DNA from: Nemertoderma westbladi
Taxonomy: Eukaryota; Animalia; Xenacoelomorpha
Direction of reading: 5' to 3'
DNA: 64,000 nucleotides
NCBI GenBank assembly: GCA_032718475.1
Contig: JAUCBJ010006869.1
Coordinates: forward strand, 1-64,000
The position numbers and the translations under genes are program-made. Each line of letters starts with the position of its first letter. The first letter of the stretch is position 1. The notes beneath the pieces were generated by a model that did no database searches, had not been told where the DNA came from, and worked only from the letters and a program-made list of their open reading frames with translations. Shown piece after piece: positions 51,896 through 64,000 of this stretch.

Positions 51896-51957
51896 TGAAC
51901 TGGTTAGCGCTACTGATGAGGCCTGATATGCTGAAACGTACGTATAGCGCTGGTTCA
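51896..51957 (+). ncRNA. Minimal type I hammerhead ribozyme
   Basis: Stem I AGCGCTA/TAGCGCT; core CTGATGA (51913-51919); stem II GGC-CTGATAT-GCT; GAAA; palindromic stem III ACGTACGT; cleavage triplet GTA ending at 51944. Confidence 0.8.
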
Positions 51958-52814
51958 ACCCCCGGTGACGCGCTTTCTCATTTTTTCCATTTCTGAAGAA
52001 AACCATAATATTACATCTTTAATTACAGTTGCATTAACAGCTCAACTCCAATTTATTTATAAAGGCTACCAATTAAATTCATCCCAAAATTGATGAAAAT
52101 TTCACCAAAAAAAAATATTTTCACCAAATTAAATAATGCGACCCCAAAAAAATTATTCAACACCAAATAAAATAAAGTCACCCCAAATAAAATTATTCAA
52201 ACACCTAAACAAATTTTTTAACACCAAAAACAATTATTCAACATCAAAACAAATTATTCAATACCAAAAGAAATAAATGCTCCCCAAAACCAATTATTAG
52301 CGCCAAAATAAATGACAAATCCCCCAAAATAATTACAAATTTAAAAAAAAAAAAATAATAAATTTTTTTTCCCCCAAAACAAATACATTTTCGCCCAAAA
52401 CAAATACATATTCGCCCAAAATAAATATATTTTCCCCAAAACAAATACATTATCCCCTAAAATAAAAATACCTTTTCCCCCAAAACAAATACGTTTTTGC
52501 ACAAAATAAATACATAATCCCCCTAAATAAATACAGTATTACTGCAGCAATAGCCTAGCACTTACATAAAAACTTTAAGACAGGGGGGGGGGGGGGGGGG
52601 TGGAGGTGGGGGGGAACTGGACGCAAAACCCGCCTTGGCGAATTAATATCCCGCCTCAATGTTAAATTCTCAATTTAGGGAAAGGAGCAGGTTACAGTGG
52701 CACGTCATTTTTAACAAAACAATAAACTAAGCACAATAGAACAGGTTACAGTTATATTTTTGAGAGTAATCAGCTGTTATTTGCGTCGAATTTCCCCTGG
52801 AGAGGGATGAATTT

Positions 52815-53128
52815 TTATTGCGTCCTTCCTCTCCATTTGGATATACTTTCCTCATCGGTGGCCACTTCGACCTGTCATTGAGGAAGTGTGGACCATGCTG
52901 CCACAACTCTTGCTTTCTCGAGAAAGCGTGGCATTGTACTCCCCTCGATAGCAAGTCCCCGGATTGTCGTCAGTCGGGCAGTAGTGCCACTTGTCCAAGT
53001 CCGTAGTTGCTCTTATCTCATCCACCCGATTCGCTACGAATATGGGATATCGCGTCTTGGGATATCACACCACCATGGAATCCGTCCAGTAGTGTGTTTC
53101 CACTATACTTGGCATCGTATCCACCAAA
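52815..53128 (-). mobile_element. BEL/Pao RNase H, distal fragment
   Basis: Reads YLVDT..HYWTDSMVV..FVANRVDEIR..WHYCPTDDNP.DLLSRG..LWQHGPHFL (one stop, one frameshift). Confidence 0.88.
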
Positions 53129-53473
53129 TACAGTCCCAATCCCAATAAACATTAACTTGATCGTTTTGGCGGCCAAAATGACCAAAATCACCAAAAAAAT
53201 GTAGTGTATTCCTATGGGCTACTTGGTCGTTTAAGCAAAGCGATTTAACTCGAATCAGCTCAATCCAGACAGTCTGTCTCCTTGGCCATCCATTTGGTGG
53301 ATCTGACTAAATGTCGGCTCGCTTTCATTTTTATTATTGACAGATTGTTAACTTACCCGGCGCTGAGCCTTGCAGTACTGGAGTCCGCCCACTGAGGCAT
53401 TGATAGAGTACACAGTGTTATAAAAGGAGTTGAATGGGGCTTCGTTAAAAAAGGAGGAGTATGTATAATAATC

Positions 53474-53680
53474 TGAACGTCCCGAAATTAATTTATGGAC
53501 GTCCAGAAATTAACTATATGGACGTCCCGAAATTAACTTATGGACGTCCCGAAATTAACTTATGGACGTCCCGAAATTAATTTATGGACGTCCCGAAATT
53601 AATCTATCAACCAATCAGAATCGTAATGAAATAACTAATTAATGGACGTCCATAAATTAATTTCGGGATGTTAATTTCGG
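53474..53680. repeat. 22-bp tandem repeat (TATGGACGTCCCGAAATTAAyT, ~6 copies) plus an inverted copy
   Basis: Direct units at 53476-53604; inverted unit at ~53644-53671. Confidence 0.85.
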
Positions 53681-54576
53681 AAATTAATTTTAATGATATT
53701 TTTTTTTATAATAAAAATTTTTTTAAATAATTTTTTACAATGTATAATTCGCGGACACGGCGGGGTGACTACAAAAACAAAGACCCAATTATAAAGACCT
53801 GCATAATCTTGTTACATGTGTTAACTTTCGTTAATTGTTTTGAATCCCCCGTCACGCCTCTGTAACTTGCTCCTTTACTAACCTGCTCCTTTAAATAGCA
53901 ATGGTACATAACGCTCATTGTGACCTGTACAAAACAAAGAGGTAAAGTCGCGTTACGTCCCAAAGAGCATTAGGTTCCAAAGAGCTTTAGGTCCCATTGC
54001 CAGAGAGCGTGAGGTCACATTGCCATTTAAAGGAGCAGGTTAGTAAAGAAGCAGGTTACAGAGGCGTGTTGGGGAACCAAAACAATAAACGAAAGTTAAC
54101 ACATGTGTTTTGTATTTGTACAGGTCTTTATTATTTGGGTCGTTGGTCTTTGTTTTGTAGTCACCCGACACTGCGGTGTTGCGTGGGGGCCACCAATCCA
54201 CCCACCCACACTCAACTCCCAACTTCCTGGACACTAGGATACTGAGTGAAAGCGTCTGAAACTACTACATGAACTCCATGACAGACTATGGGCTAGCGAC
54301 TAGGGACTGGCGCCGTTGAACTGAACATGTAAACTGTAGTACCTATCACTGTACCACCTACCTAAAAGTGACCTGTGGGACCAGCCCATTATTAGTGAGG
54401 TCGGCATTTCTCTTTATCCTGCCGCTCTCTTTGTATTACAATAGCATACAGCTAACCAATGGCAATGGTCTACCCTCAGTGCGGGAAAGACAAGCTGGCT
54501 ACCATTGAAATGAATAGGGGAAGGATAATATGGATAATACTTCAATAAACACCACTCAGCTACCCACATCCTATCG

Positions 54577-56264
54577 TTGGACTTATCATCAGCCTTTGAC
54601 ACAGTTGACTATACCAAACTATACAGTATCCTACAGAAATCCAATGTGGGACCTAACCTCACTCGGATGCTCATGGCTTACCTCCACTCAGGGACGTCAT
54701 TTATTTGTTCAGGAAAATTAATCAGGAAAAATCCCATAATACTTGAACGGGGATTAAGACAGGGAAGTTTACTATCGCCATTCCTCTTCAATGTTTACAT
54801 CGCACAGCTATTCGAAGACATAGTCAACAGCAATCTCGGAGTCCACGTGGGAAGTCACTCCTTCAGTTTAATAAGTTACGGGGACGACATCATACTAATC
54901 GCTAATTTAAAGTCGGACCTCCAGAGGATGGCTACTTTATGTTACACATACTTCCAAGACTTCAGTTTAACCTTAAATATTAAGAAAACCCACTACCTAC
55001 TCTTAAACGAAATTGGATGCAGTGTAACTGACATAACCCTACGGATCCCAGAATTCGATATCACTCACATATCCGAAGACAGCTGTTTGTATCTCGGCCT
55101 CCCACTACCTGCCACGCCCCACAACTTAGACAAACATTTTCGGGTGAAAACCTTAGTCAACCTCAGCCGTTTAGAACAACGCGGATTCGCAATAGATAGC
55201 GTACCACTAAACGTTGTTGCCAAAATCTGGCAATGCATCTGCCTACCAGCAATACTGTACGGCTGCGAGTCGCTCGAACATGTCTATACGACAGTTATAC
55301 CGCGCTATTTAAGACGGGCAATGCGAAGACTCCTGCGAGCATCAAACTATATCCCTTCCGACACCCTGGCAATGTTATTTAACGGACTACCACCAGATGC
55401 TATGATTAAACTTAAAACTGCCTCCACGATATTCAACATATTTAATTGCCGCAATGCCAAAGTAACTTATCTTTTCGATTATCTGCTGTCCGGCCATCTA
55501 GGGGGACTGTTCAAGGTAGACACATTTGATAGCTATGCACACGCCGCCTGGGACCTAAACCTCCCAAGCTTGGCCAATCTCAGTATTTCCAAATTTAGCT
55601 TCAGCTCTATACGCAGGCACCTAAAGAATATCCAAGCTACATCCCTGAGCGCAACAAACTCCTACCGCCTGTTCTACACCCAATCAATCCTAAACGCCAC
55701 CACGGGAACACACAGTGACCGACACTCAGTCCTATTAGACTTTTACAATTATTAACTGTTTTCCTTTTTCGACTTTATCTGACAACGATACGCCCGTTCC
55801 AATATAATATTGTACTCTCTCTGAATAAAACCTCTGTATTCGGCAGTTAATTATGGTACCCAAATAGACCCTACGTTCTAGCCAGCCTGTGGGTATCATC
55901 CTTCATTATATCTTATTTTATCCGATTTTATTTTAATGGCAAATTTGTACGTTTTACACATAGCAATTATATTGTACACCCTACACTATTAAGTACGCCC
56001 TATGAATATGTTATATCAATATGTATATATATTTTATTTTACCGGTTTGATTTTATACCGCAACTGACTTATATCGGTGCATTGGTGCCTTTACTGTTCT
56101 TACCGCCACGTTATCTATTTTCTATTCGTTCATTTGGTTCACAACTATACTAGCAGTATACAACCAGTTATACTTGCTGTTGCTATGTATATTTTTATTA
56201 TGGCCCTATCATTTTAATTATAGCCACCGGAGGCGCTAGTCCGGTAATGAAATGAAAAAAAAAA
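54577..56264 (+). mobile_element. 5'-truncated LINE (RTEX/Proto2-like); RT open frame 54577-55755, A-rich tail
   Basis: DLSSAFDTVD, GLRQGSLLSPFLFNVY, SYGDDI, YLG, PAILYGCE; ends AATGAAATGAAAAAAAAAA. Confidence 0.85.
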
Positions 56265-57054
56265 TGGTGTGATCGTGTTCCCATCCTAATGTCTGTCGTC
56301 TTGGCTCAGCTAAGCTTAAACAGAGCCACAGCCTACAATAGAGCTTAACCTAAATACACTTCCAGTGAGCCAAGCAGTAGTGGCGGGTTATCTCCAAAAT
56401 GCCCATGTAGGATTTCTTCGAAAAAGGACCAATTGGTTGAGTTACGAGTTACAGTGAAAAAGTATTCAAGATTAGATTTTGCTTTGAACAGGAGAAACAG
56501 ATGGAATATATAGGTCATCTAATTAATTGTTTAAAGATTAGCAAACAATACAGTGTAATTGAATTGATGAAATCCATAAATAAAACGTGGATACAAAATG
56601 TAAAATCGGGATGCAAAATATAAATTTCTGAGCTAAGAAAGGGAAATTGGATACTGTACAACTTCTCTGGATACAAGCGGTCCGTTTACCTTACAAAATG
56701 AAAAATAAACGTGCGAAATATAAAACGTCATACTCGAACGGAACGGAACTGTCCGGGGGGGGGGGGGGGGGGGGTGGGGTTTGGGGAGGGAATGTCCGGA
56801 AATCGAAGCCTTTAAAACAGTAGTGTCCTACTCGAACGGAACGGAACTGTCCGGGGGGGGGGGGAATCGAAGCCTTTTTCTATCTGCCAACATCCTGGGC
56901 TTTACTTACACTCAGCCTCTATTCACTGGCTGTGATTGACAAGCCAACTTGCCTCAGAACTTCCTTTCATGAATGCCGCAATTTATATTTGGCCATTTTG
57001 GTCGTTTTGGCCGCCAAAATGACCAAGTTAAGGTTTATTGGGATTGGGACTGTA

Positions 57055-60000
57055 TGCTGTCGCTCTCACTCCCAGTTTTGCAGCCGTTAGCTCGAGTTTC
57101 GGTACTGATGCTAAATCTGGTGGCATCGACCTCGCTTTACTGAATGCTCGTCTGGGCGTTTGAGTCCCCTTTTGCTGTACCAAATAAAGCGCAGCACCGT
57201 ATGCTTCCAGGGATGCATCGGAGAACATATGTACAGTAGTTCCAATTCACTCATGTCTCCATCCGGGAAGTATACACTTAGTATACTGTAAGTTCCCATA
57301 TCTTCTAAGATCATGGTCCAATTCTCCCACTGTTTACTTATTTCTATCGGGATCTCCACGTCCCAGTCATCCTTGATCTTGTAAACTTTCTTGAGTACTT
57401 GCTTCCCCGTGACTAACAAAGGGGATTCTAATCCTAGTGGATCCTAAATCCTCGCTATGTATCACACATGCCTTGCTTGGTATGGATCCCAGCACCCTAC
57501 TGACTCAGCTGATATTCCAACTCGTCTGTCTCCTGGTTCCATTGGTTTATCCAATTTCACCTCTGGTTGTTTATCCTCTATGGTTTCCATGAATTCTCTA
57601 GAGTTCGACGGGAACTTCGTCAAGTTGCATCCTGGTTTTCTCAGGATGTCGCGAACTTCGCACCCCGTCTCAATGATCTCCTTAACGGAGTTCCCAGAAC
57701 CCATCGCGTCATCCATGTAGAACCCGCGTCGAATCATATCGATCGCCTCGACTATTGCCATCGACTATACTCCCCTTCTTTACCCTTCACTGTATCTCTT
57801 ACAGCCATGGTTGTGGTGAATGAAGACGACTTGGCCCCCATATTCTGCACCACTATCTTGTCTTGTACATTGGTATATCTGATGGTTCTTTGTCACCGTT
57901 GTACCACAGGAAGCGTTGACTATCTCTGTCCTCAGTTACCCACACTTGGTTAAACAAGCCCTCTATGTCACACGTGAAGGCGTGTTTCCCATTTCTATAT
58001 CTCAACATAACTTCTATCCCCAAATTGTAAATATTGGAGCCTTCTAGTAGGTAGTCGTTAAGAGACTTGCCGTTTGTCTTGGCAGAAGCATCAACCACCA
58101 TCCTTAGTTTGCCCTTCTTGGGATCTAGGGCCACATGAAGTGGCTGATAGTAAGTCCTCTCGGTTTCTGGTTTGTCTACTGGTAGTTCCACGGCCCACTC
58201 CCGATCTACATACTTCTTTATCGTTTTATGTATGTAATCGTTCTTCTCCGGACTCCGTCTAAGCGTTTGTTTTAACTTCTAGAGTCTCGCCTCGACCATC
58301 CTCTTGTTGTTCAGCAAGGGCAGCTTAGGCTCCTTCCATACCATTCCTATGGTATGCCGCCCCCCTCACACTCCATCAACTTCCTGACGCTCTCTTGCGC
58401 CTGCTTGTCTTCTACTGAGGTCCCTACCCCTGTCTCCTTTAACCCTTCGAAATCCTGCCGTAGCAGCCTCTTGAGCTGTTCCTCCACTCCTTCATCCTCC
58501 ATTTCTCTCATTGTCCCCGCGAACATGCACCCTGAGGATTCGGATACGCTAAATGGGATCCTTGTCTTTATTGGGCCACTGAGTATCCATCCAAATGGCG
58601 TTAGAATGGCCACATGTTCTTGCTCTCTGTCGTCGCCGAAAATAGTTTGTAGCCTCTCATGGGCCGTCAGACAATCCATGCCGACTATGAGAGAGACTTT
58701 CGGGACATCTAGTTCGGGCACGGAAAAGTCAATGCCATCCAGGTACCTATATTGTTCGATCTCGATCTTTGTAGGTCGCCTGGTGTTGATGTTAATAGAC
58801 TCCATTATCTGGATGGGTTCGATGGTAGCCCCATAATCGCAGCATGGTGTTATCGCTCCTATTTCACATCGTCCCGTCCTCATTTTCATGACCTCGTCCT
58901 TGCTTGATATCGTGGTCACCACCATCCTACTTGGCTTAGTCTTCAACCCTATTCTCTCAGCCACCCAATTCTCTGTTAGCGTGAATGCTGCTCCACTATC
59001 AACTAGCATCAGTGTTGTAATCAATAGTCCATTTTCCCCTATCATTCTTACTGGTACTACTCCGAGTAGTACTGTTCCCTTCCTCTTAATTCCCGTGGTG
59101 CTCATCACCATCGTTTGGCCTCCAGTTTTGACGGTCTCAGAATACTTAGGTGGACGTTCTTGACATTTATCCTCCCTGTGTCCTCCTACCGCACATCGAT
59201 GAGATAGTCCAAATCTCCTGATATAAGCTATTCTATCTCATTTAAGCAATGCCTGCCAATGCTTATAGTCTATGGTCTTATGTGCCCCACTTCTATGCAC
59301 TTTACATTTGTAATCGGGGTTGTAGCATTCCTTTTATAGCGCATCGTGTATTGCGTTCAGATTCATGTCGAGTGGTTTAGTGTTTTAGTTGTTTGGACTC
59401 AGCCTACTGGGGGTGTTAGCTTTATATCTACTGTTGTTATTATTTTGTCTCTGTCCCTGCCACGATGTGGTTATATTCCCAGGGCTCTGTGGACTTGTAG
59501 TCCCCTGTGTAGCCACATACGGTAGTAGCTGCCTCACTTTCGGAAGTGCATTCGCCGCACTGCATTGGAAGCGCATTGGGTTTAGGTCTGCTTTTGGTAC
59601 TTTGCCCAGACTGTCCTCACCTTAATCTCAATCCATTATTAACTCCGCTTCGTAGTTAAGGAAGTTCGACATCTCTTCCAGCCCCGGCTCCACACCCTTC
59701 TTTTCCTGAGTAGAGAAAGCAATCTTTCTCCATTTATTCCTTAACCATATCGGTAGTGCCTGCGCTATGGTTGTGATGTTATTTAAAGAATTAAGTTCGT
59801 ATGGTGCTTCTAGCATCTTTAAAACTATTAATGCTTTCTCTATCCTGGTCGCGAAAACTTTAATAATGAAGGGGTTATCTGCAAGTCTGCCTGATGTTAT
59901 TCCCCTTAAGGTTTGCCGGATGATCTTTGCCGGATGGCTAAATTCCCTATCCAGGGCTCTCCATGCTGCTGCAAAACCTCCTTCTATTCGCTGGTACTGT

Positions 60001-60265
60001 CTTATAATGTCATAGGCTGGCCACCCCATATAAACTTGTAAATATTTAAAAGGCACTCCGCTTGGGTTAGATTCTTTGTGAGAATCTCGTTGCTATACAT
60101 CCTCCGGGAACTGTAGATATTCTTCCGGTTTGCTACCATCGAACTTGAAAGGCTCCACTGGTGGTAACTATATCCTAGTTTTATAATGCATCGATAAGTG
60201 TTGCCATTCCCATCGCTTGGACTTCCAGCGCATTCGACCGTGCGGATGTAGGCTCCCTTGGTGTT
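57055..60265 (-). mobile_element. Degenerate BEL/Pao LTR retrotransposon: gag, protease, RT, RNase H
   Basis: LPPVEPFKFDG gag motif; LVDSGA protease; KLRMVVDAS, DIE, FYMDD RT; FSDAS..AYGA and PKLELTAA RNase H; multiple stops and frameshifts. Confidence 0.92.
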
Positions 60266-60267
60266 GA

Positions 60268-61090
60268 CTGTTGTTCGCGCTTTTAGACCTTTAGCAGTTT
60301 AACCTGCCAAATTTAGGTGTCTTCTAGGTTATAAATCGACTTTAGCCTATAACAAGTATTTGATACACATAAAGTTACATTAGCCGAAGCCAGCCTATGC
60401 GCGATCATTCACCCACGGTTAAGGGAGACTGGATTCGGATGCTCTGACCTTATTGCGGTGTAGGCCTACTGTACTATTCGATTGATCGTTAATATATAAT
60501 CTCTGACAAATATTATTCACTTTCGGGAAATATTAACAGTTCCTTTAGGACGTGGCGCTCTAAGTATGTAAACAGAGTTATGACTTACACTAAACACAAC
60601 GGGATAGCTAATGATTTACGTATAAAGCGCATTCTTTAGGAAATGCTTTGTTACCTGTCACACTCCTGCACACTACCTCACACTGCTGCACACTGATCTG
60701 CCGACCTTAACTAAATTTGATCATATATAAGGAGATCAGCAACTGACACATGTAGGGTCTATGAAATAGCATTCAATTCACTCCAAAACCACTATAATGT
60801 AAGTCGCAATTGCTATATGTAACCGGTCTCTCTAACCTTCAGTATATCAAGAAGATTGGGGTTTTATGATTATTCATCGATATTCTCCAAATATAACAAC
60901 ATATCAATCAACTTCTAACAATTAATAACCGACAGTAAATAGCAGTAAAATAATGCGGTGAAAGGTAAGGTGAGTCTGGTATGCCAGGTATGGCAGGATA
61001 ACAGTTATACGTTTCTATGATCAAAGCCGTTCTAATGTTTGGCTAAAGTCTGAAACACAGAATAATTCCACAGCCGATGTTCTGGGCTCA
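60268..61090 (+). repeat. Dispersed repeat, copy 2 (see 6206-7020), interrupting BEL gag
   Basis: Co-linear similarity with 6206-7020. Confidence 0.8.
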
Positions 61091-61774
61091 GGAAAAAAGG
61101 TAAACAAAGACCATAATGCATTGCGCGATTTTCCGGAGGCTTCTGTGCAAATAAAATGAAAATCGCTCTGATTGGTCGTGCCGAACAAAGAACAAAGAAA
61201 AGTTATACGTGGACATATCAGCTGATAGATGTCGTCATCTGAACTACACTGTATCAAGAGTATTTTGGCGTATTGCGGCATAAAATCGCTAGTTATGTCC
61301 GCTAAAGTACACATACAGAAAAATGGCCTTTTATGTCCACTAAGACACCTACACAGTAAGAAAACGGCTTTTTATGTCCGCTAAAACACCTACAGAGTAC
61401 TTTGCGGGGAAAATGACTAGCTAGATCCGCAAAAGCCTTTACAACTGTGCTTCACCTCTTGGGTTCGTCGACTTTCCTTGTGTAGGATATATCATCGGGG
61501 GTAATGGTTCCCTCCATAACTCGGTGTCACATGATTTATTTGAATCTGAGGGTTTTGCAATTTTTATTTTATTTGGTTGCGTGTATTGTGGATACAGTTT
61601 ATTACACTGCCCCCCCCCCCCCCCACCCACCTGTTTTATATTCTGCACTGGGGTAGATATAATTATATTGGCACCCATACACTTATCTGCAATACCCCCT
61701 CCCCCTTCCCCTGGGATATATTATATCCTTCAATATTATAGTCAAACTGGTGTGCAGGTACCAGAATATGCCTA

Positions 61775-62330
61775 ACAGGTTTTTGCCTACTCACTGGTAT
61801 GTAAGCCACGACTTCCAGGTCCAATCCCAGCATTCGCATTACCCTAGCACCTACACTATCTCTCCCAGCATGGCCTATAGTATGTGCAGTAAGACCTACA
61901 GTATTTCCTGCAGTCTGAATGTGGTCCACCGGACCGAAGTTTAAAATTCTCGAATATTCCGAGAACTCCTCCCTGTGACTACCATATCGTCGATTGGCAG
62001 CTATGTTCTGACGGGAAATTTCCCTTCGATCCCTTCTTCTCTCATCCTCTTCATCCCGGTATACTCTATACCCCTCTCCCAGTGCATAATATATACCTCC
62101 AGGCTGTGTTTCTCTGGGGCGATGGCAATCTCCCGAAGTAAAACCCCACCGGTCCCGTCTCTCTATTTCAACTATCGATGGTTCGCTGTCCATCCTATAT
62201 CGACATCTCTGGTTGCCCATAGCAACATTTCCTTGCTTATCCCTACCATAGTCCTCGCATCCTCCACTTCCGGAATTATATCCACGTTCATGAAGTCTCA
62301 TATCGACCTCCAACACGTATTTTTGTTTTA
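61775..62330 (-). pseudogene. Probable N-terminal part of the BEL/Pao gag
   Basis: Open, charged, low-complexity frame on the same strand, upstream of gag, with similar purine-rich composition. No diagnostic motif seen. Confidence 0.5.
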
Positions 62331-64000
62331 GTTCCAGCTTCCTGACTCTCTGTAACACGTATTTTTGTTTTAGTTCCAGCTTCCTTCTCATTCTCTGTAC
62401 GATTTTTGTTTTAGTTCCAGCTTCCTGACTCTCTATAACACGTATTTTTGTTTTAGTTCCAGCTTCCTGACTCTCTGTAACACGTATTTTTGTTTTAGTT
62501 CCAGCTTCCTGACTCTCTGTAACACGTATTTTTGTTTTAGTTCCAGCTTCCTGACTCTCTGTAACACGTATTTTTGTTTTAGTTCCAGCTTCCTGACTCT
62601 CTGTACGATTTTTGTTTTAGTTCCAGCTTCCTGACTCTCTGTAACACGTATTTTTGTTTTAGTTCCAGCTTCCTGACTCTCTGTAACACGTATTTTTGTT
62701 TTAGTTCCAGCTTCCTGACTCTCTGTACGATTTTTGTTTTAGTTCCAGCTTCCTGAATCTCTGTAACACGTATTTTTGTTTTAGTTCCAGCTTCCTTCTC
62801 ATTCTCTGTACGATTTTTGTTTTAGTTCCAGCTTCCTGACTCTCTGTAACACGTATTTTTGTTTTAGTTCCAGCTTCCTGACTCTCTGTAACACGTATTT
62901 TTGTTTTAGTTCCAGCTTCCTTCTCACTCTCTGTACGATTTTTGTTTTAGTTCCAGCTTCCTGACTCTCTATAACACGTATTTTTGTTTTAGTTCCAGCT
63001 TCCTGACTCTCTGTAACACGTATTTTTGTTTTAGTTCCCGCTTCCTGACTCTCTATAACACGTATTTTTGTTTTAGTTCCAGCTTCCTGACTCTCTGTAA
63101 CACGTATTTTTGTTTTAGTTCCAGCTTCCTGACTCTCTGTAACACGTATTTATGTTTTGGTTCCAGCTTCCTGACTCTCTGTAACACGTATTTTTGTTTT
63201 AGTTCCAGCTTCCTGACTCTCTGTAACACGTATTTTTGTTTTAGTTCCAGCTTCCTGACTCTCTGTACGATTTTTGTTTTAGTTCCAGCTTCCTGACTCT
63301 CTGTAACACGTATTTTTGTTTTAGTTCCAGCTTCCTGACTCTCTGTAACACGTATTTTTGTTTTAGTTCCAGCTTCCTGACTCTCTGTACGATTTTTGTT
63401 TTAGTTCCAGCTTCCTGACTCTCTGTAACGCGTATTTTTGTTTTAGTTCCAGCTTCCTGAATCTCTGTAACACGTATTTTTGTTTTAGTTCCAGCTTCCT
63501 TCTCATTCTCTGTACGATTTTTGTTTTAGTTCCAGCTTCCTGACTCTCTGTAACACGTATTTTTGTTTTAGTTCCAGCTTCCTGACTCTCTGTAACACGT
63601 ATTTTTGTTTTAGTTCCAGCTTCCTTCTCATTCTCTGTACGATTTTTGTTTTAGTTCCAGCTTCCTGACTCTCTGTAACACGTATTTTTGTTTTAGTTCC
63701 AGCTTCCTGACTCTCTGTAACACGTATTTTTGTTTTAGTTCCAGCTTCCTTCTCACTCTCTGTACGATTTTTGTTTTAGTTCCAGCTTCCTGACTCTCTG
63801 TAACACGTATTTTTGTTTTAGTTCCAGCTTCCTGACTCTCTGTAACACGTATTTATGTTTTGGTTCCAGCTTCCTGACTCTCTGTAACACGTATTTTTGT
63901 TTTAGTTCCAGCTTCCTGACTCTCTGTAACACGTATTTTTGTTTTAGTTCCAGCTTCCTGACTCTCTGTACGATTTTTGTTTTAGTTCCAGCTTCCTGAC
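62312..64000. repeat. 42/38-bp minisatellite, ~41 copies, running off the window end
   Basis: Unit GTAACACGTATTTTTGTTTTAGTTCCAGCTTCCTGACTCTCT and a 38-bp GTACGA variant. Confidence 0.97.

Larger units (their letters stand above)
53131..57052. mobile_element. Non-autonomous Tc1/mariner-like element with TA TSD, inserted in BEL RNase H
   Basis: TA|CAGTCCCAATCCCAATAAAC...GTTTATTGGGATTGGGACTG|TA with ~58-bp TIRs; removing it rejoins ..GVRATAY|LVDT.. in frame. Confidence 0.88.

Noticed and set aside
14541-56860. Long G/C homopolymer runs as functional G-quadruplexes
   Set aside because: They mostly sit within dispersed repeat copies, and homopolymer length is unreliable.
62312-64000. Second splice-acceptor array (TTTTGTTTTAG|TTCCAG on the plus strand)
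   Set aside because: No flanking plus-strand exon is visible in the window, and the unit is explained by the minus-strand frame. It cannot be fully excluded because the array runs off the end.

Overview
AT-rich animal (invertebrate-like) nuclear DNA. It holds five host genes: a TspanC8 tetraspanin, VAMP4, mitochondrial ArgRS (RARS2), adenylate kinase 2 (AK2) and an SPA17-like D/D + IQ-repeat protein. These sit among an apparently intact CR1/L2-group LINE, LINE fragments, nested DNA transposons (a hAT-like foldback element containing a Sola1 element and a SINE), MITEs and a broken BEL/Pao LTR element. Four of the host CDSs have no introns. AK2 has one 11.2-kb intron that is almost entirely about 460-480 tandem copies of a 23-bp unit matching its own 3' splice junction (..CCGTTCTAG|GTTTGCCATyTATC). 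A consensus TACTAAC branch point lies 11 kb upstream of the only productive acceptor. Also present are a minimal type I hammerhead ribozyme and three more minisatellite expansions inside coding sequence. All calls come from reading the sequence by eye; no searches were run.
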